This document shows, piece by piece, positions 41,033-55,549 of a DNA stretch of 64,000 bases. The notes beneath the pieces were generated by a model, which made no database searches, was not told the origin of the DNA, and was given only the letters and a program-made list of their open reading frames with translations. Each line of letters begins with the position of its first letter. Within the stretch, counting starts at the first letter, position 1. The translations under genes and the position numbers were made by a program. Source of the stretch: Octopus vulgaris (lineage: Eukaryota); NCBI GenBank assembly GCA_951406725.2, contig OX597830.1:30194001-30258000 (forward strand), in the 5' to 3' direction.

Positions 41033-42678
41033 CAGACAGATCAATAGACATGCATATGTATATTCATATATGTATATTGATATACGCATATGTGTGTGTA
41101 TAACGATATATATTTATATATAACAAAAATATGCTAAGAGAAATACGCCCAAGGAGACCAATAGAATGAATTTTGACAACAAAGACGAGTAAACGTATGT
41201 TAAATATCATGCTAGATACATTCGTATTATACGCAAATTACCTTCACTCTTTGAGAAGGCAAACAAGCACCTACAGGCAATAGCTGCCGATACAGAATGA
41301 GAAAGGGAGATAATCGCAAGAATCTAAAATTTTCAAGGTGGTCTGCATTCTTTGTTCTTGATACAAGAGGGTAGATGCGGACACCTGTTTCTGTCTCATG
41401 ATGGAGTTTATATATAAAATCCACTAAAATCCATCAAACAGGTACTTTGGTGATGCTGCGCCTGATTAATTGAACACAGTACGAAAATAATACTTGGTGG
41501 CTTTTACGTGGATCTTTTTTGTAGACAGTTGGAGAGTTGGTACGATATTTCAACAGTGTATACAAATTTAAGCGTATACGCACTAAAACACACATACAGA
41601 CACACACACACATGTAGCTACACACACATGTACAAATACACAAGCACAGCAAGATACAAAATGGTATAAATCAGAGTAAAACACAATTATACATTCGTAG
41701 ACAGATAGAGGTTTGTGAAACGTATTAGAAGCAGAGGGTGTTGCGTTTACGTTTATAGTCACTGAGTTTTACCCGCTCTTTCTTTCCCTCTCCCTCTGTC
41801 TCTCTTTCTCACTCTTTCTCACTCTCACTCTCGCTCCCTTGCTTCTTTTCTCCCTCCCTCTCACTTACTCTCGGTACACACACACGGACATATATATATA
41901 TATATATATATATACACGCACTTATATTTATATGTGTGTGCGTGCGTATGTGTGTGCATGTGTGCATCTGTGTGTGTGTTTGTGTGTGTATCTATGTGTG
42001 TGTGTGTGTGTGTATGTGAGTGTGTGTGTGTGTGTGCATGTAAATGTACACATACTCACAAAAGCAACACTTGAGTCTGACGTTCAGCTTTAGTCGAAGT
42101 GGGTCAGTAACGGAAGTGAACCTAAACTAAAGGAGGACACCTATCAAATTACTGAATTTCATATGAAGTTTAGGGGTTAATCGTCGGTAGAAAAGTGCCC
42201 CTGACAGAAACAAACAACGGTGACGGTAGCTTATATCCCACAGCTGGGAAATAGCTTGAACCTTTCAAAATAGCTTTTCCGTGTAGCTTAGACTTGATAT
42301 GTGTTTGTGTGTATGAATTTAATGTGTGTGTATGTGTGTGAATTTAATGTATGTGTATCTGTGTATGTGTGTCTGTGTTGTCTGTGTATGTTTCATTTTT
42401 TTTTCTCTCTCACTTTTTGTTATATTTTAATGGATTTGGGGGCCTTTTTATTTATATTTTATGTTGGTCTTTATTGCTTGTCTGCTTCATTTCTGCAATA
42501 AACAGAAAAGAGGTAAGATAGAAATGAGGAGAAGGGAGAGGGAGAGGGAGATAGATATATATAGAGAGAGATAGAGAGATAGAGAGATAAATAGATAGAT
42601 AGAGAGAGAGACAGGTGGGGAGAGAGAGCGGTAAATATATATACAGACAGCTAGATAGGTACATTGACAGACAGACAG

Positions 42679-42715
<37 letters not shown>

Positions 42716-42826
42716 AAGAGAGAGAGAGAGAGAGAGAGAAAGTGAGAAAATGAGGTTAGGAGAGTGCGGTAAATAGATAGAGAGACAGCTAGATAGGTAT
42801 ATTGACAGACAGACAGATAGATAGAT

Positions 42827-42913
<87 letters not shown>

Positions 42914-43204
42914 GAGGGGGAAGAGAAAGAGGGAGAGAGGAGAAGCGGTAGGGATAGAATCGAAACTGCTGGAGACGGGAATTGAGGTGGGTAGATTTTT
43001 GAGTGAGAAACAGAGAGATAACTGGAAGAGGCGGAGACCTAATAAAAAAGATATAAGGACTGAAAAATAGAGATACAGAGAAAGATTAAGATAGAAAGAA
43101 CCATCTTTATCTGCATCTCGTTATCTTTATTCTTAAGTATATTTCTATACATAGATACATGCATGTCTACACACATCTAACGCACATACACACACACACT
43201 CACG

Positions 43205-43995
43205 GAGGCGTGGCTGTGTGGTAAGAAGCTTGCTTACTAACCACATGGTTCCGGGTTCAGTCCCACTGCATTGCACATTGGGCAAGTGTCTTCTACTATA
43301 GGCGCGAGCCGACCAAAGCCTTGTGAGGGGATTTGGTAGACGGAAACTGAAAGAATCCCGTTGTGTATATATATATATATATCATAGGCGCAGGAGTGGC
43401 TGTGTGGTAAGTAGCTTGTTTACCAACCACATGGTTCCGGGTTCAGTCCCACTGCATTGCACATTGGGCAAGTGTCTTCTACTGTAGGCGCGAGCCGACC
43501 AAAGCCTTGTGAGGGGATTTGGTAGACGGAAACTGAAAGAATCCCGTTGTGTATATATATATATATATATCATAGGCGCAGGAGTGGCTGTGTGGTAAGT
43601 AGCTTGCTTGCCAACCACATGGTTCCGGGTTCAGTCCTACAGTGTGGCACCTTGGGCAAGTGTCTTCTACTATAGCCTCGAGCCGACCAAAGCATTGAAT
43701 GGATTTGGTAGACGGAAACTGAAAGAAGCCCCTCGTATATATGTATGTATGTGTCTGGGCTGGTGTGTGTGTTTGTGTCTGGGCTGGTGTGTGAGTTTGT
43801 GTGTCTGTGTTTGTCCCCCTCACTGTCGCTTGACAACCGATGTTAGTGTGTCCACGTCCCCGTAACTTAGCGGTTCGGCAAAAGAGACTGATAGAATAAG
43901 TACTAGGCTTCCTGAGGTCGATTTGTTCGACTAAAGGCGGTGCTCTAGCATGGCCGCAGTCAAATGACTGCAACAAGTATAAAAGAATAAAAGAA
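43205..43995 (+). mobile_element. SINE B: two tandem 5' halves followed by a full copy
   Basis: Units start near 43205, 43386 and 43575. Confidence 0.85.
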
Positions 43996-44749
43996 TACAC
44001 ACATATCATATCTGGCCACAGATGCGTTTGAGTGTATGAGAGAGAGAGAAGAAGAGAAAGATGGCGGTAAGAGAGAGAGTGACAGACAAAGAAACAGAAA
44101 GAGAAAATGAACTTTAAGGTCATGAAACATAGGTATACTGTAAGGAAAGTGGTGGAATGAAGAGAAGGAGAGAAGGAGAGAAGGAGATCAGAAATCGTAC
44201 GAATGTGACAGTGTGAGGGGAAAGAGTGCGTTATGAAATGATTGTATCTAAGAGATAGAGAGTGGGAGGGGGAGAAAGACACGGGAGGGAGAGAGATGTT
44301 TAGGTGCTACGGAGGGACAGATGTAAGAAGAGGCAATTAGATGTAGTTGGGAGACAGACAGACAGACAGGCAAACTGACAGAAAACTGCAGTGGGTTTAG
44401 TGTTGTAACAAATTGTAAGATCCATGTTGAGTGCAGACCGCAAGACAATGTGTAAGACGCAGAGAGAGATGGGGAAGAGAGGGAGAGAGAGAGAGAGAGA
44501 GAGAGATGAAAGCAACTGGAAAAACAGCCCGGTTAGTTATTTAGATTGCTAGATAATAGATAGATAAATAGATAGAGGGAGGGGGAGAAAAAGAGGAGAG
44601 AGAGAGAAAGGAGAAGGTTTTTCAATATTAAAAATATACATCATTCAGAGAGTAAGTTTTTTGAAAGAGATAGAAAGGAAGGAATCTTGGCCATAGAGAA
44701 AGTGAAACATATAGTTTCACAGATAGGAGAGAGACAGAGGAGGAGATAT

Positions 44750-45022
<273 letters not shown>

Positions 45023-45550
45023 CACTACCCGGCAGTGGCTCTCATGGCCTCTCATCTTAACTGATTGGAAATGTTATCATGTACGTTGTTTTGTCTTGGT
45101 ATAAAAGATGGGCTACAGCAAATTTTCTGCTCAATACCACAGATTTGCTTGTCAGTTGCTTGACCTTAACCAGTTGAGCATGTCCCTTAGTGGCTGACGA
45201 TACGAGCAGAAGTAGTGGGAAAGCATCATAGCCATGTGTTGAGAGGAATTCTTTTGGGTTTGGATAATTCACCTTTGGAAACATGGGTGTTTCGTTCAAC
45301 ATCCTTAATCCATATTCAGTGACCTTTTGAGTGGGATGGGCTACTCGACCTGAAGAAAATTCTAATTGGGTCCCACCTGCAAGGTCATGCGCTGTTAATA
45401 TTGATATGAGATTACCATTTCACGCACATATGGTTGTGATGCATGTGCCTGGTGTGCCCTTATCAGACAGGTAGTCACGATGGGTATACTGGGCTTTGTA
45501 TATTTTACTCCAGTGTCACTTTGATGGCATGCACTGCTCTCTAACTCAAT
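45023..45550 (+). mobile_element. Probable non-LTR 3' UTR fragment inserted in trinucleotide repeat
   Basis: Complex sequence bounded by (GAT)n and ending in (AAT)n; no coding motif, family not determinable. Confidence 0.45.
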
Positions 45551-45571
45551 AATAATAATGATAATAAAAAC

Positions 45572-45631
<60 letters not shown>

Positions 45632-46567
45632 AATAATAATAATGATAATATTTATATATACATACACACATACATATAATTATATATATATATAATTATA
45701 TATATATATATGTCATAACCAAAAGCAAAGCTTTTAGAATACGTTGAGTAATTTTCTTCCAGTTGCTAGAATGATAGTTTCCACTCGTTCTGAGGAATGT
45801 AGTTTAGTGATCGACTCCTCCAAGGCAGAAACTCCCAACACTTTCAGTAACATCTTTGAACAGCTGAACAAAGATGACGTCCCTTGTCACTTGAAGCTTT
45901 TCGAAATCTTTTGATACATAGATCTCTGTTTTCACCGATGATTATGATGTGAAGACCCCACCGCTCGATAATCGATGCTGGTTTGTTTACGTCCGTGTAA
46001 AGTTTGACAAAAGAGCCAATGCAATAAGTACCAAACTTATAAATCAAAACTAAACCTGGGGGCGATTTGTTCGACAAAAACACTTCAAAGGTGGTGCACC
46101 ATCATGGCCGCTTTCCAATGAGTGAAACCAGTAATATGTAAATGACGTCATTGGAAGGTGAATTCGTTTCTGTATATAAGGAAATCTAAGCTCCATAAAT
46201 CGACTTACAGCGCTCCACGCGTGATTATCCTACCACCTATTCAGATACACAGTTTTAGGACACATCATCCAGTATGTGAATTCTTTTGTCAGATGACATT
46301 GTGTAATATCAGGGAGATTTAGTTGATATTTGTCCAAGGGTCCAGGAGCAAGAAGTGCAGGTGTTGCAAGCGCACCTCCTGAGATTCTTAGATGGAGAGG
46401 GGATGCGAAATCAAAATTTGCACCGCTAGTTAGTTTTCTGATATTTAGAAAACAGTGCGTAAAAAGTGATCTGTAAAAAGTAGCTTGAAGTTAGGATTCT
46501 TCTCAAAAACACAAAGAACAAAGAAGAAAATGAAATAAAAAGAAACCTTGTTTGTAAAAAATATTCA

Positions 46568-46738
46568 GGCGCGGGAGTGGCTGTGTGGTAAGTAGCTTGC
46601 TAACCAACCACATGGTTCCGGGTTCAGTCCCACTGCGTGGCACCTTGGGCAAGTGTCTTCTACTATAGCCTCGGGCCGACCAATGCCTTGTGAGTGGATT
46701 TGGTAGACGGAAACTGAAAGAAGCCTGTCGTATATATG

Positions 46739-46769
<31 letters not shown>

Positions 46770-46987
46770 TTGTGTGTCTGTGTTTGTCCCCCTAGCATTG
46801 CTTGACAACTGATGCTGGTGTGTTTACGTCTCCGTCACTTAGCGGTTCGGCAAAAAGAGACCGATAGAATAAGTACTGGGCTTACAAAAAGAATAAGTCC
46901 CGGGGTCGAGTTGCTCGACTAAAGGCGGTGCTCCAGCATGGCCGCAGTCAAATGACTGAAACAAGTAAAAGAGTAAAAGAGTAAAGA
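46568..46987 (+). mobile_element. SINE B
   Basis: Full-length, very similar to 37303-37720. Confidence 0.9.
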
Positions 46988-47269
46988 GACCTAGTTTGCC
47001 CCCGCTGTGCATGTTTCGATCCCGAGCCAGTGTATTTGTCACAGCCTGAGGACAGCGTAGTGTTTCCTTCATTGAGTCGTAAGGCGGTGTACAATGACGT
47101 TGCGAAAGGTTGAGGAAAGTGTTAAAAAGTGGAATGAGAAGGAAGTAAAATCTGAGAAGGGAGGACATTAACAGGAGTGTGTGCTGGAAGGAAATGGCAA
47201 GTGTAGAACGGGAAGTGTGAAGTGGGAGGAAGAGATGCTAGAAAGTACGTAATAGTGTGTGTAATAATT

Positions 47270-47730
47270 ATTTCAAATTTTGTTGCCACAAGGACAGCTT
47301 GGGGGAAGATGTGGATGAGTCGATTACATCGACCCCATTGTTCAACTGGTACTTATTTTATCGACCCGGAACTCAGAACGTAGCGACGGGCGAAATACTG
47401 CTAAGCATTGCGCGCTAACAATTCATATTTCTTTACTGCCCACAAGGGGCTACACACAGAGAGGACAAACAAGGACAGGCAAACGGATTAAGTCGATTAT
47501 AACGACCCCATTGCGTAACTGGTACTTATTTAATCGACACCGAATGGCTGAAAGGTAAAAAGTCGAGCTAGGCGGAATTTGAACTCAGAACGTAACGGCA
47601 GACGAAATGCTGCTAAGCATTTCGCCCGGATTGTCAAAAGGGCTAAACACAGAGGGGACAAACAAGGACATACAAAGGGATTAAGTCGATTATATGGACC
47701 CCAGTGCGAAACTGGTACTTAATTTATTGA
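47270..47730 (-). mobile_element. SINE C tandem array
   Basis: Three AGTCGATTA..ACCCC..CTGGTACTTA units. Confidence 0.8.
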
Positions 47731-47875
47731 GAACGATAGAATAAGTCCTATCGTTCTCTTACGCCAAACCGCTACATCATGGAGACGTAAACACAGCAAC
47801 ACCAGTGATGGGGAGACAAACAAAGGCACAAAGACAAACACACACACATGCATACGTACATACATACGTACGTAC

Positions 47876-47967
<92 letters not shown>

Positions 47968-47968
47968 T

Positions 47969-48016
<48 letters not shown>

Positions 48017-48149
48017 GGCATTTATGCATACTAATGTCCTTAATATAAATAAATATATTTAAAAGAGATAATTGGATTTTTCCCTTATGAGGTTTTTTCA
48101 CACTAACTACTTGATAAATTCTTATAAAGATTTTATCCTATTTTTCAAT

Positions 48150-48250
<101 letters not shown>

Positions 48251-48311
48251 GCATGTATTTATGTATGTATTTATGTATGTATGTATGTTTGTATGTATGT
48301 ATGTATGTATG

Positions 48312-48343
<32 letters not shown>

Positions 48344-48594
48344 ATGGAAGCAGAGTTAGCTGTTGGAATAACTCGCTGAGGGATAATTGTAGCCATTCTT
48401 ACTATCATTTACCTATGGTGTCTCTGAGCATTGTATACGTAATAATATTTTCGGAATTTCTTTCGTAACCACCGACTGACATCGGCAGCAGAAACGGCCG
48501 TAAGAAAAATTAAGTGAGGTTCTGTATTAAAAAATAATCAACCGATGTTTGTTTTTTGTTGATGAAAAGTTTTCTCCATTTTTGCTTATTTTAA

Positions 48595-48664
<70 letters not shown>

Positions 48665-48719
48665 TGTGTGCGTGCGTGTGTGTATGTGTGTGTGTGTATA
48701 CACACACACAGTTCCAAAG

Positions 48720-48957
48720 TGTCTGAGGAACTTTCACAAAGTAGATTAGGAGTTTTTAAATCAAAGCTGGACTTCTTCCTGTTGAGAGTCCCAGATGAAC
48801 GTACCTCACGGCAAGAGGTGCAAATGACGGTAGCTATATCAAACTCCATGCTTCACCAAGTGCCACATATTAGAGGAGGCTCTTAGTAATAACAGTGTAG
48901 CAAAAACGGCGGTGCATCAGCATAGTCACAGCTCTGAGCTGAAACTAGAGAAAAAAA
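48720..48957 (+). mobile_element. CR1/L2-group LINE 3' end
   Basis: VFKSKLDFFLLRVPDE..AISNSMLHQ resembles the FK..LD.FL..VPD.P..NS C-terminus; tail shared with SINE B. Confidence 0.7.
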
Positions 48958-48959
48958 TA

Positions 48960-49125
48960 TATACGACGGGCTTCTTTCAGTTTCTGTCTACCAAGCCCAC
49001 TGACGAGACATTGGTCGGCTCGAGGTTATAACAGAAGACACTTGCTCAAAGTGACACGCAGTGGGACTGAGCGCAGAACCATCTTGTTGGAAAGCAAGCT
49101 TCTTACCACACACTCACAACCGCGT
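48960..49125 (-). mobile_element. SINE B 5' half
   Basis: CGACGGGCTTCTTTCAGTTTC..CTTACCACAC. Confidence 0.75.
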
Positions 49126-49227
49126 ATATATAGAGTTCAGAAAATATAGAGAATAAAGCACACAGTATATAAAACAAGCATATACACACGCACGCACATA
49201 TAATCACACAGACATATATATCACACA

Positions 49228-49263
<36 letters not shown>

Positions 49264-49390
49264 CATGTATATAAGGAAATATGCATATACATGTATGCAT
49301 AGGAAAATGTATGTAGATGCATTTATATATGTGTGTGTGTGTGCGTGTGTGTATGTGAGAGAGTGTGTATATCTGTATATATATATATAT

Positions 49391-49443
<53 letters not shown>

Positions 49444-49504
49444 TGTATACATATATACACACACATATATATATATATATATTTTGTATGTATGTTTTCT
49501 TCTA

Positions 49505-49905
49505 CTTTTCTTCTACTTGTTTCAGTCATTTGACTGCGACCATGCTGGAGCACCGGCTTTAGTCGAGCAAAACGACCCCAGGACTTATTCTTTGTAAGCC
49601 TAATACTTATTCTATCGGTCTCTTTTGCCGAACTGCTAAGTTACGAGGAGGTAAACACTCCAGAATCGGTTGTCAAGTGATGTTTAGGGGGCGAGGACAA
49701 ACACAGACATACAAACACGCACATATATATGTATATACATATATACGACGGGCTTCTTTCAGTTTCCGTCAACTAAATCCACTCATAAGGCTTTGATCGG
49801 CCCGAGGCTATAGTAGAAGACACTTGGCCAAGGTGCCACGCAGTAGGACTGAACCCAGAACTATGTTGTTGGTAAGCAAGCTACTTACCACACATCTACT
49901 CCTGC
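49505..49905 (-). mobile_element. SINE B
   Basis: Full reverse copy; head-to-head with a + strand 5' half at 49920-50075. Confidence 0.85.
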
Positions 49906-50072
49906 TGTATATATGATAGTCGCGGCTGTGTACTAAGAAGCTTGTTTCACAAATATATGGTTCCTGGTTCAACCGCACTGCGTGGCACCTTCGGCAAGTG
50001 TCTTCTGCTATAGCTTCGGACCAGCCACAGCCTTATGAGTGGATTTGGTAGATGGTAACTGAAAGAAGCCCG

Positions 50073-50122
<50 letters not shown>

Positions 50123-50754
50123 TCTTATGGATATGTGTGTGAGCCTTTACATGTGCGTGTGTCTCTGTGTGTGTGTCTGTCTGTGCGTTTACTTTTTGAA
50201 GTATGAACAATGGAAAGAGTACCCTACAAATATAGCAGCCGTATATTGATGGATTGTACGACTGCATACCCTCATAAACATGCTCATATATACACACACA
50301 CCCGCATGCACATATATAAATGTATACACACACACACATGCTAACAGGCACACAGGCACACACAAGATTCGTCACTTCCCAAGACACTGACACGAACAGT
50401 CTAATTGGAATAAAATCGCGTCAGGCGTCGATTGGCCTCTAAACTTTAAAAAAAAAGTGGTGATGAAATAAATATTGTTGTGACGTTGATCTGTTTTCCA
50501 ATCGAGGAATGTGTACAACAGAAAATCAACACCAGGGTGCACAGTTGTCTATTCGGAAGAATAAGCCATGCGCTAAGCGTTAAGCTATTTCGTTGGATTA
50601 TTTTGCTTAAAGCTCAAAGCCCGAAATTCTAAACTGAGAATGAAATGTCGTTGGGATGTCTATGGTTTTAACAAGTCGTTGTAACGAAATAAAATCCCTC
50701 TTGAACAGCGTACTCCTATATACACATACACACACATATGTATACACACACACA

Positions 50755-50805
<51 letters not shown>

Positions 50806-50854
50806 CTTAACTGCATCACAATGACTGATTCAATATATAGAATATAACCGATTC

Positions 50855-51087
50855 AAGGCGGCGAGTTGGCAGAAACGTTAGCACGCCGGGCGAGATGCTT
50901 AGCAGTATTGCGTCTGCCGTCACGTTCTGAGTTCAAATTCCGCCGAGGTCGACTTTGCCTTTCATCCTTTCGGGGTCGATAAATTAAGTACCAGTTACGG
51001 ACTGGGGTCAATGTAATCGACTTGATCTCTTCGTCTGCCCTTGTTTGTCCCCTCTATGTTTAGCCCCTTGTGGGCAATAAAGAAATA
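50855..51087 (+). mobile_element. SINE C, full-length monomer
   Basis: AAGGCGGCGAGTTGGCAGAAACGTTAG..GAGTTCAAATTCC..AAAGAAATA. Confidence 0.9.
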
Positions 51088-51139
51088 AGAGACATTGTAT
51101 ACAGAGAGGTGTTGTAACGGATGTACTATCGACAAGTGG

Positions 51140-51326
51140 AATGTAAAGGAAATCGGAGTACCCAGCAGAACTGTTACACAAGGCTTGCCTCCTTGGCACG
51201 GTTAGAATAATAGGGAAAGTATTAGGTAGTTGAAAAGAACAGATAGCATGGTACCACAGGATGCATGCAAGACTCCAGGAGTTACAACAAAACCTAAGGT
51301 AAAAAGAATAAATAATGATAATAATG
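51140..51326 (+). mobile_element. RLE non-LTR (R4/Dong-like) extreme C-terminus and tail
   Basis: 51165-51233 reads AELLHKACLLGTVRIIGKVLGS*, close to the LQKA.LLGTA.I.RKVL terminus; followed by AAT-rich tail. Confidence 0.65.
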
Positions 51327-52940
51327 ATTTCAAATTTTGGAACAAGGCCAGCACGTTCTAAATGATACAGAAGGACAGAATATAAGACAGGATACCATCG
51401 ACTAGAGGGCTTTTAGCCAGAAGTCCTCCCTATAGGGGCTGAAATAGAGCTAAGCAATAATGCCTCTTTAAAGAATATGGTTTCTCTTTAGAGACTAACT
51501 ATTTTCAATTTGAAAAACTACTGACATTCTCTACGTCACACTAACGCGTCTGAACTGCATCACAATAAATGGCTTTCCTCTTCAGAACGAGAATATAACT
51601 TTGCCCTTACGAACTATTTAACTCTCCTTTAAACTCAAGTCACTGTGGAGTATCACTAGTGCTCAAAAGAGAGTCCTTGTGCTACCTACACAGAAATTCT
51701 GAATACTATCCAGAAAACTCGTCTGAATGATAGTAAGTCACTCACTAAAATACTCCAGCCTGTCTCTCAGGCTATCACTACTAGGAGCATTTATGCTCTT
51801 CGGAACTGACTGGTGTCATACCTTCTCCACTGGGTTATTCCCAATTCAATAGTTACTCTTCCCCTATCGTCACCTTATTTTGTGTTTTTTGTACTGTGAT
51901 ATGACGATACATCTTCCATGAACAGACAGCTCTTTTTAGGGTGGGGGCTGGGAAAGGGGGAATTTTCATTATTCAATTATTTCAGTCTTTGGCTTATGCC
52001 AATATTTTCTCAATAAATGTTGCTATCACACTCAACCTAAACTGGCCTGTCTTTCTTCCAAACATCATTTCAAAACATAACCGATATGCTATCATGTTTA
52101 TAAGTTGTAATCTCTTGCTTGTAAAATATGCGGACCCACAAGCATCTCGCGGTAAAAAAAAATTAAAACTTGAAACTCCAGAAAAAGAAATTTACAGAGT
52201 GCTATGTAAACAGATTTATTGCTCATTTCGTTAGCCTACTAATTCATCTATTTACTAATGGCCGTAGTTAAAAAGCGGTTTTCTGCAGCCTGTATGTCCG
52301 TAGTAACAGCTTATTGCTTTTCAAGGGATAATCTTCAGCATGTTTTTGCCAATGCTGAAACTTTTCATCTTGGTTTCTTTGCAGCAGATCTTTGATCAGT
52401 ACAAAAACCATCTCTCAGAAAACTCGGGTCCAGTAGACGGGATTTAGTTGAGGTTTTATCATTTGGAATGCTGTTCTGCTGACAGAAGGTGATATTCCGA
52501 GATTCCTGTCTATTTTTCGTTGGGAAATTTTACCCATAGATTGACCATCAAACTTTTCTCTTTGAAAATCATTCGCGTTCTCGACATGTTCTATGGCGTA
52601 CATATGTCAGTCTAAAAAAATTCTTATGATGATGCAAAATAGTTTTATACATATACGTAACCGTAAAATCATACGTCTAATTCTTTCATTATTATGTGTG
52701 TAGATATGTGCAGCCACCTACAGTAGAAAGGATTATTAAAATGGTGGTGGTGGCGACGGTAGTTTTTGGTGGGCTAGCAGAATTGCACTCACTTCTCCGG
52801 GTCAAGTTCCTCTCTCGCAGTTAAAATAAAATGAAGCACCAGCTAAGTAATATATCTTCCCGTCATATAAATATGTAACATATGCAAATATACTCTGTGG
52901 CATGCAAATATGTGTAGGTATATATACATACATAAATAGG

Positions 52941-53400
52941 CTCTAGGCTTCGTTAGAGATTATAAAGTACATAATGTTAAGTTATAAATAAATATAAATT
53001 TAAAATAAAAAAGTACACACATTTAAATACTTATATATATAGATATACATATACATACATAAATGTGCGTGTATTTTTATTTATTTTATATTTATATTTA
53101 TCTATAACTTAAAATTATGTATTTTATAATCTCTGACGAAGCCTAGAGAAACACCCAAGTACCTCAATTTCATCTACCTATTACTTCAGTGTATTTGAGT
53201 AACAAAGGTAGAATGAGGTATTTTTGCCTCTTGTCTGAAACAGCTGTAAGTTATTTTCCCAATTTATATTCATGTATGTTATTTTGTAATAATTACTGGT
53301 ATCCTTATATATTAATATATTTTATATCTTATATGTGAAGCATAATATGTTATACATGTATGGATATTCTTGTAATTGTCAGTTAAATAAATAAATTAAT
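52941..53400 (+). mobile_element. PLE-derived element with inverted 5' segment
   Basis: Diverged inverted repeat about 52941-53030 versus 53060-53148 overlapping the hammerhead start. Confidence 0.65.
53126..53254 (+). ncRNA. Type I hammerhead with about 95-nt stem II
   Basis: ATAAtCT-CTGACGA-[TACCTCA/TGAGGTA, TCTACCT/AGGTAGA]-GAAA-CAGCTG-TA-AGTTAT. Confidence 0.75.
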
Positions 53401-53962
53401 TAATTAATTAACATAATATAATGTCTAAAAGTTGATGAACCACCTATTGATCCCCCCTTTTCTTATTGCTATATAAATTAATGGTAAAACATCTCTTTAC
53501 CTCTACCCATTTAGTACACTAGGTAATGTAATTTCAATGCAATAAAAATACTTGTGCATTAATAATTGGGTGTTTTACCAGCAATATATTGGATTGATAA
53601 TATCCCTTAGTGGGTTGGATTCACAACCTCTAACTTTCTTGGAGTTATATATATATATATATATATGCTATAATTGAAAAAAATTGCGTCAACAAAAAGG
53701 AGTACGGTTGGTCATTTAATTTTTAATCACTACAATTGTTTCCACGTAGCCTAGTTCTCGTTGGAGTGCACGTACTTGATTATGCAACCGCTTCATTACA
53801 TTATGACTCCAATTTTTCCAGTTATCTATTCACACACGACAAATGGCCAAGCACAGACCTAGAATTACGTATAATAGTATCACTGGAGAGCACAGGGTAA
53901 ATCTGAAGGTGGACGAGTTTTATACTGTAATCTACTAAGTTCTTAACTGTATATAACACTAC

Positions 53963-54061
<99 letters not shown>

Positions 54062-54144
54062 AAAACACTACTATTATATATACATACATACATGCATACA
54101 AGCATGCATACATACATACATACATGCATGCATACATACATACA

Positions 54145-54178
<34 letters not shown>

Positions 54179-54180
54179 AA

Positions 54181-55440
54181 CAGTTTTTGGACAAAATATT
54201 AGAAACACCTAGCATCATAGCATCATAATTTTGAAATATGTATAAAACCGTAAAAGCTTGTTTATTTTTATGTTTTTTGATTTATTATCAGTCTTGCTTA
54301 ATATGTTTTGCTAACATAGCTGTTTCTTTTCAGATATCATCAGAAAAGGGTATTTATATTTATTCAAATGACAGATCTATCGGACATTCGAAGAAATCAA
54401 ATTGTTAGTGCTCGGTTGGCAGGCGCTAGCGTAACGAAAACAGATGAAATGTCTGGTGTATCAAGAAGTACTGTCTCGAAAGTAATGACAGCATTTGAGA
54501 AAGAGGGAAAAACCTCCGCGTCGAAACAAAACTCCGGAAGAAAACCAAAATTTTCAGATAGGGACCGTCGGACTCTTAGGCAAATTGTTAAAATGGATCA
54601 CAAAAGTACAGCTTCTAAAATTACTGCAGAGCTTAATGACCACCTCCAGAACCCAGTTTCCACAAATACTGTTTGCCGAGAGCTGAACAAAGTCGGAGTT
54701 CACGGGAAGGCTGCAATCAGAACACCACTACTTTAAAATACAAACGTTGGAAAGCGTTCAGAGTGGAGTAAAAATCTATTGAATTGGTCCCTAGAGCAGT
54801 GGAAGAATGTTATTTTCTCGGACGAGTCATCCTTTATCTTATTTCCGACCACCAGCCGAGTATACGTGTGGAAACAGCCAAAAGAAGCACTTGACCCAGA
54901 CTGCCTTCTTCCATCTGTTAAACATGGAGGAGAATCTGCGATGATTTGGGAGGCTATATCTTGGAAATATGCCGGCCCAATGGTTTCTCTTCATGGCAGA
55001 ATTTATAGTCAAGTCTATTTAAGTATTTTATTTAATGAAATTCATCTTATGGTTGCGGAACTGTTTCCGGAGGGAAACGCAATCTTTCAGGATGGTAATG
55101 TACTAATTCACACAGCTAAAGTTCTTACTGAATGGCACGAAGAACATTCTAGTGAAGTTGAACATCTTATCTGTCAACCAGAGTCCCCAGATCTCAATAT
55201 TATTGAACATTTATGGTGCATTTTTGAAAAAGCAAGTGACGAGTCGATATCCACTGCCATCATCACTACAAAAAGTGGAGTCTGTTTTAGCTGAAAAATG
55301 AACAAAAATTTCCTTTGGAAACAATTTAAACTTTGTTCGTAGAATTCAAGCTGTAATAACTGCCAAAGTTGGTCCTACCCCATATTAAAATTAATTTGTT
55401 TGAAATTTTAAGGTATTTCCATTATTTTGTCCAACCCCTG
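54181..55440 (+). mobile_element. Tc1-family DNA transposon, full length, decayed
   Basis: About 30-bp TIRs CAGTTTTTGGACAAAATATTAGAAACACCT and AGGTATTTCCATTATTTTGTCCAACCCCTG. Confidence 0.9.
54368..55390 (+). pseudogene. Tc1-like transposase with premature stop and frameshifts
   Basis: HTH with SGRKPK, VIFSDES, FQDGN, SPDLNIIEHLW; in-frame stop at 54734-54736. Confidence 0.9.
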
Positions 55441-55482
55441 TGTGTGTATGTATGTATGTATGCATGTATGTATGTATGTATG

Positions 55483-55549
<67 letters not shown>

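Noticed and set aside
45190-45235. CTGACGA..GAAAGCATC
   Set aside because: Stems II and III do not pair convincingly
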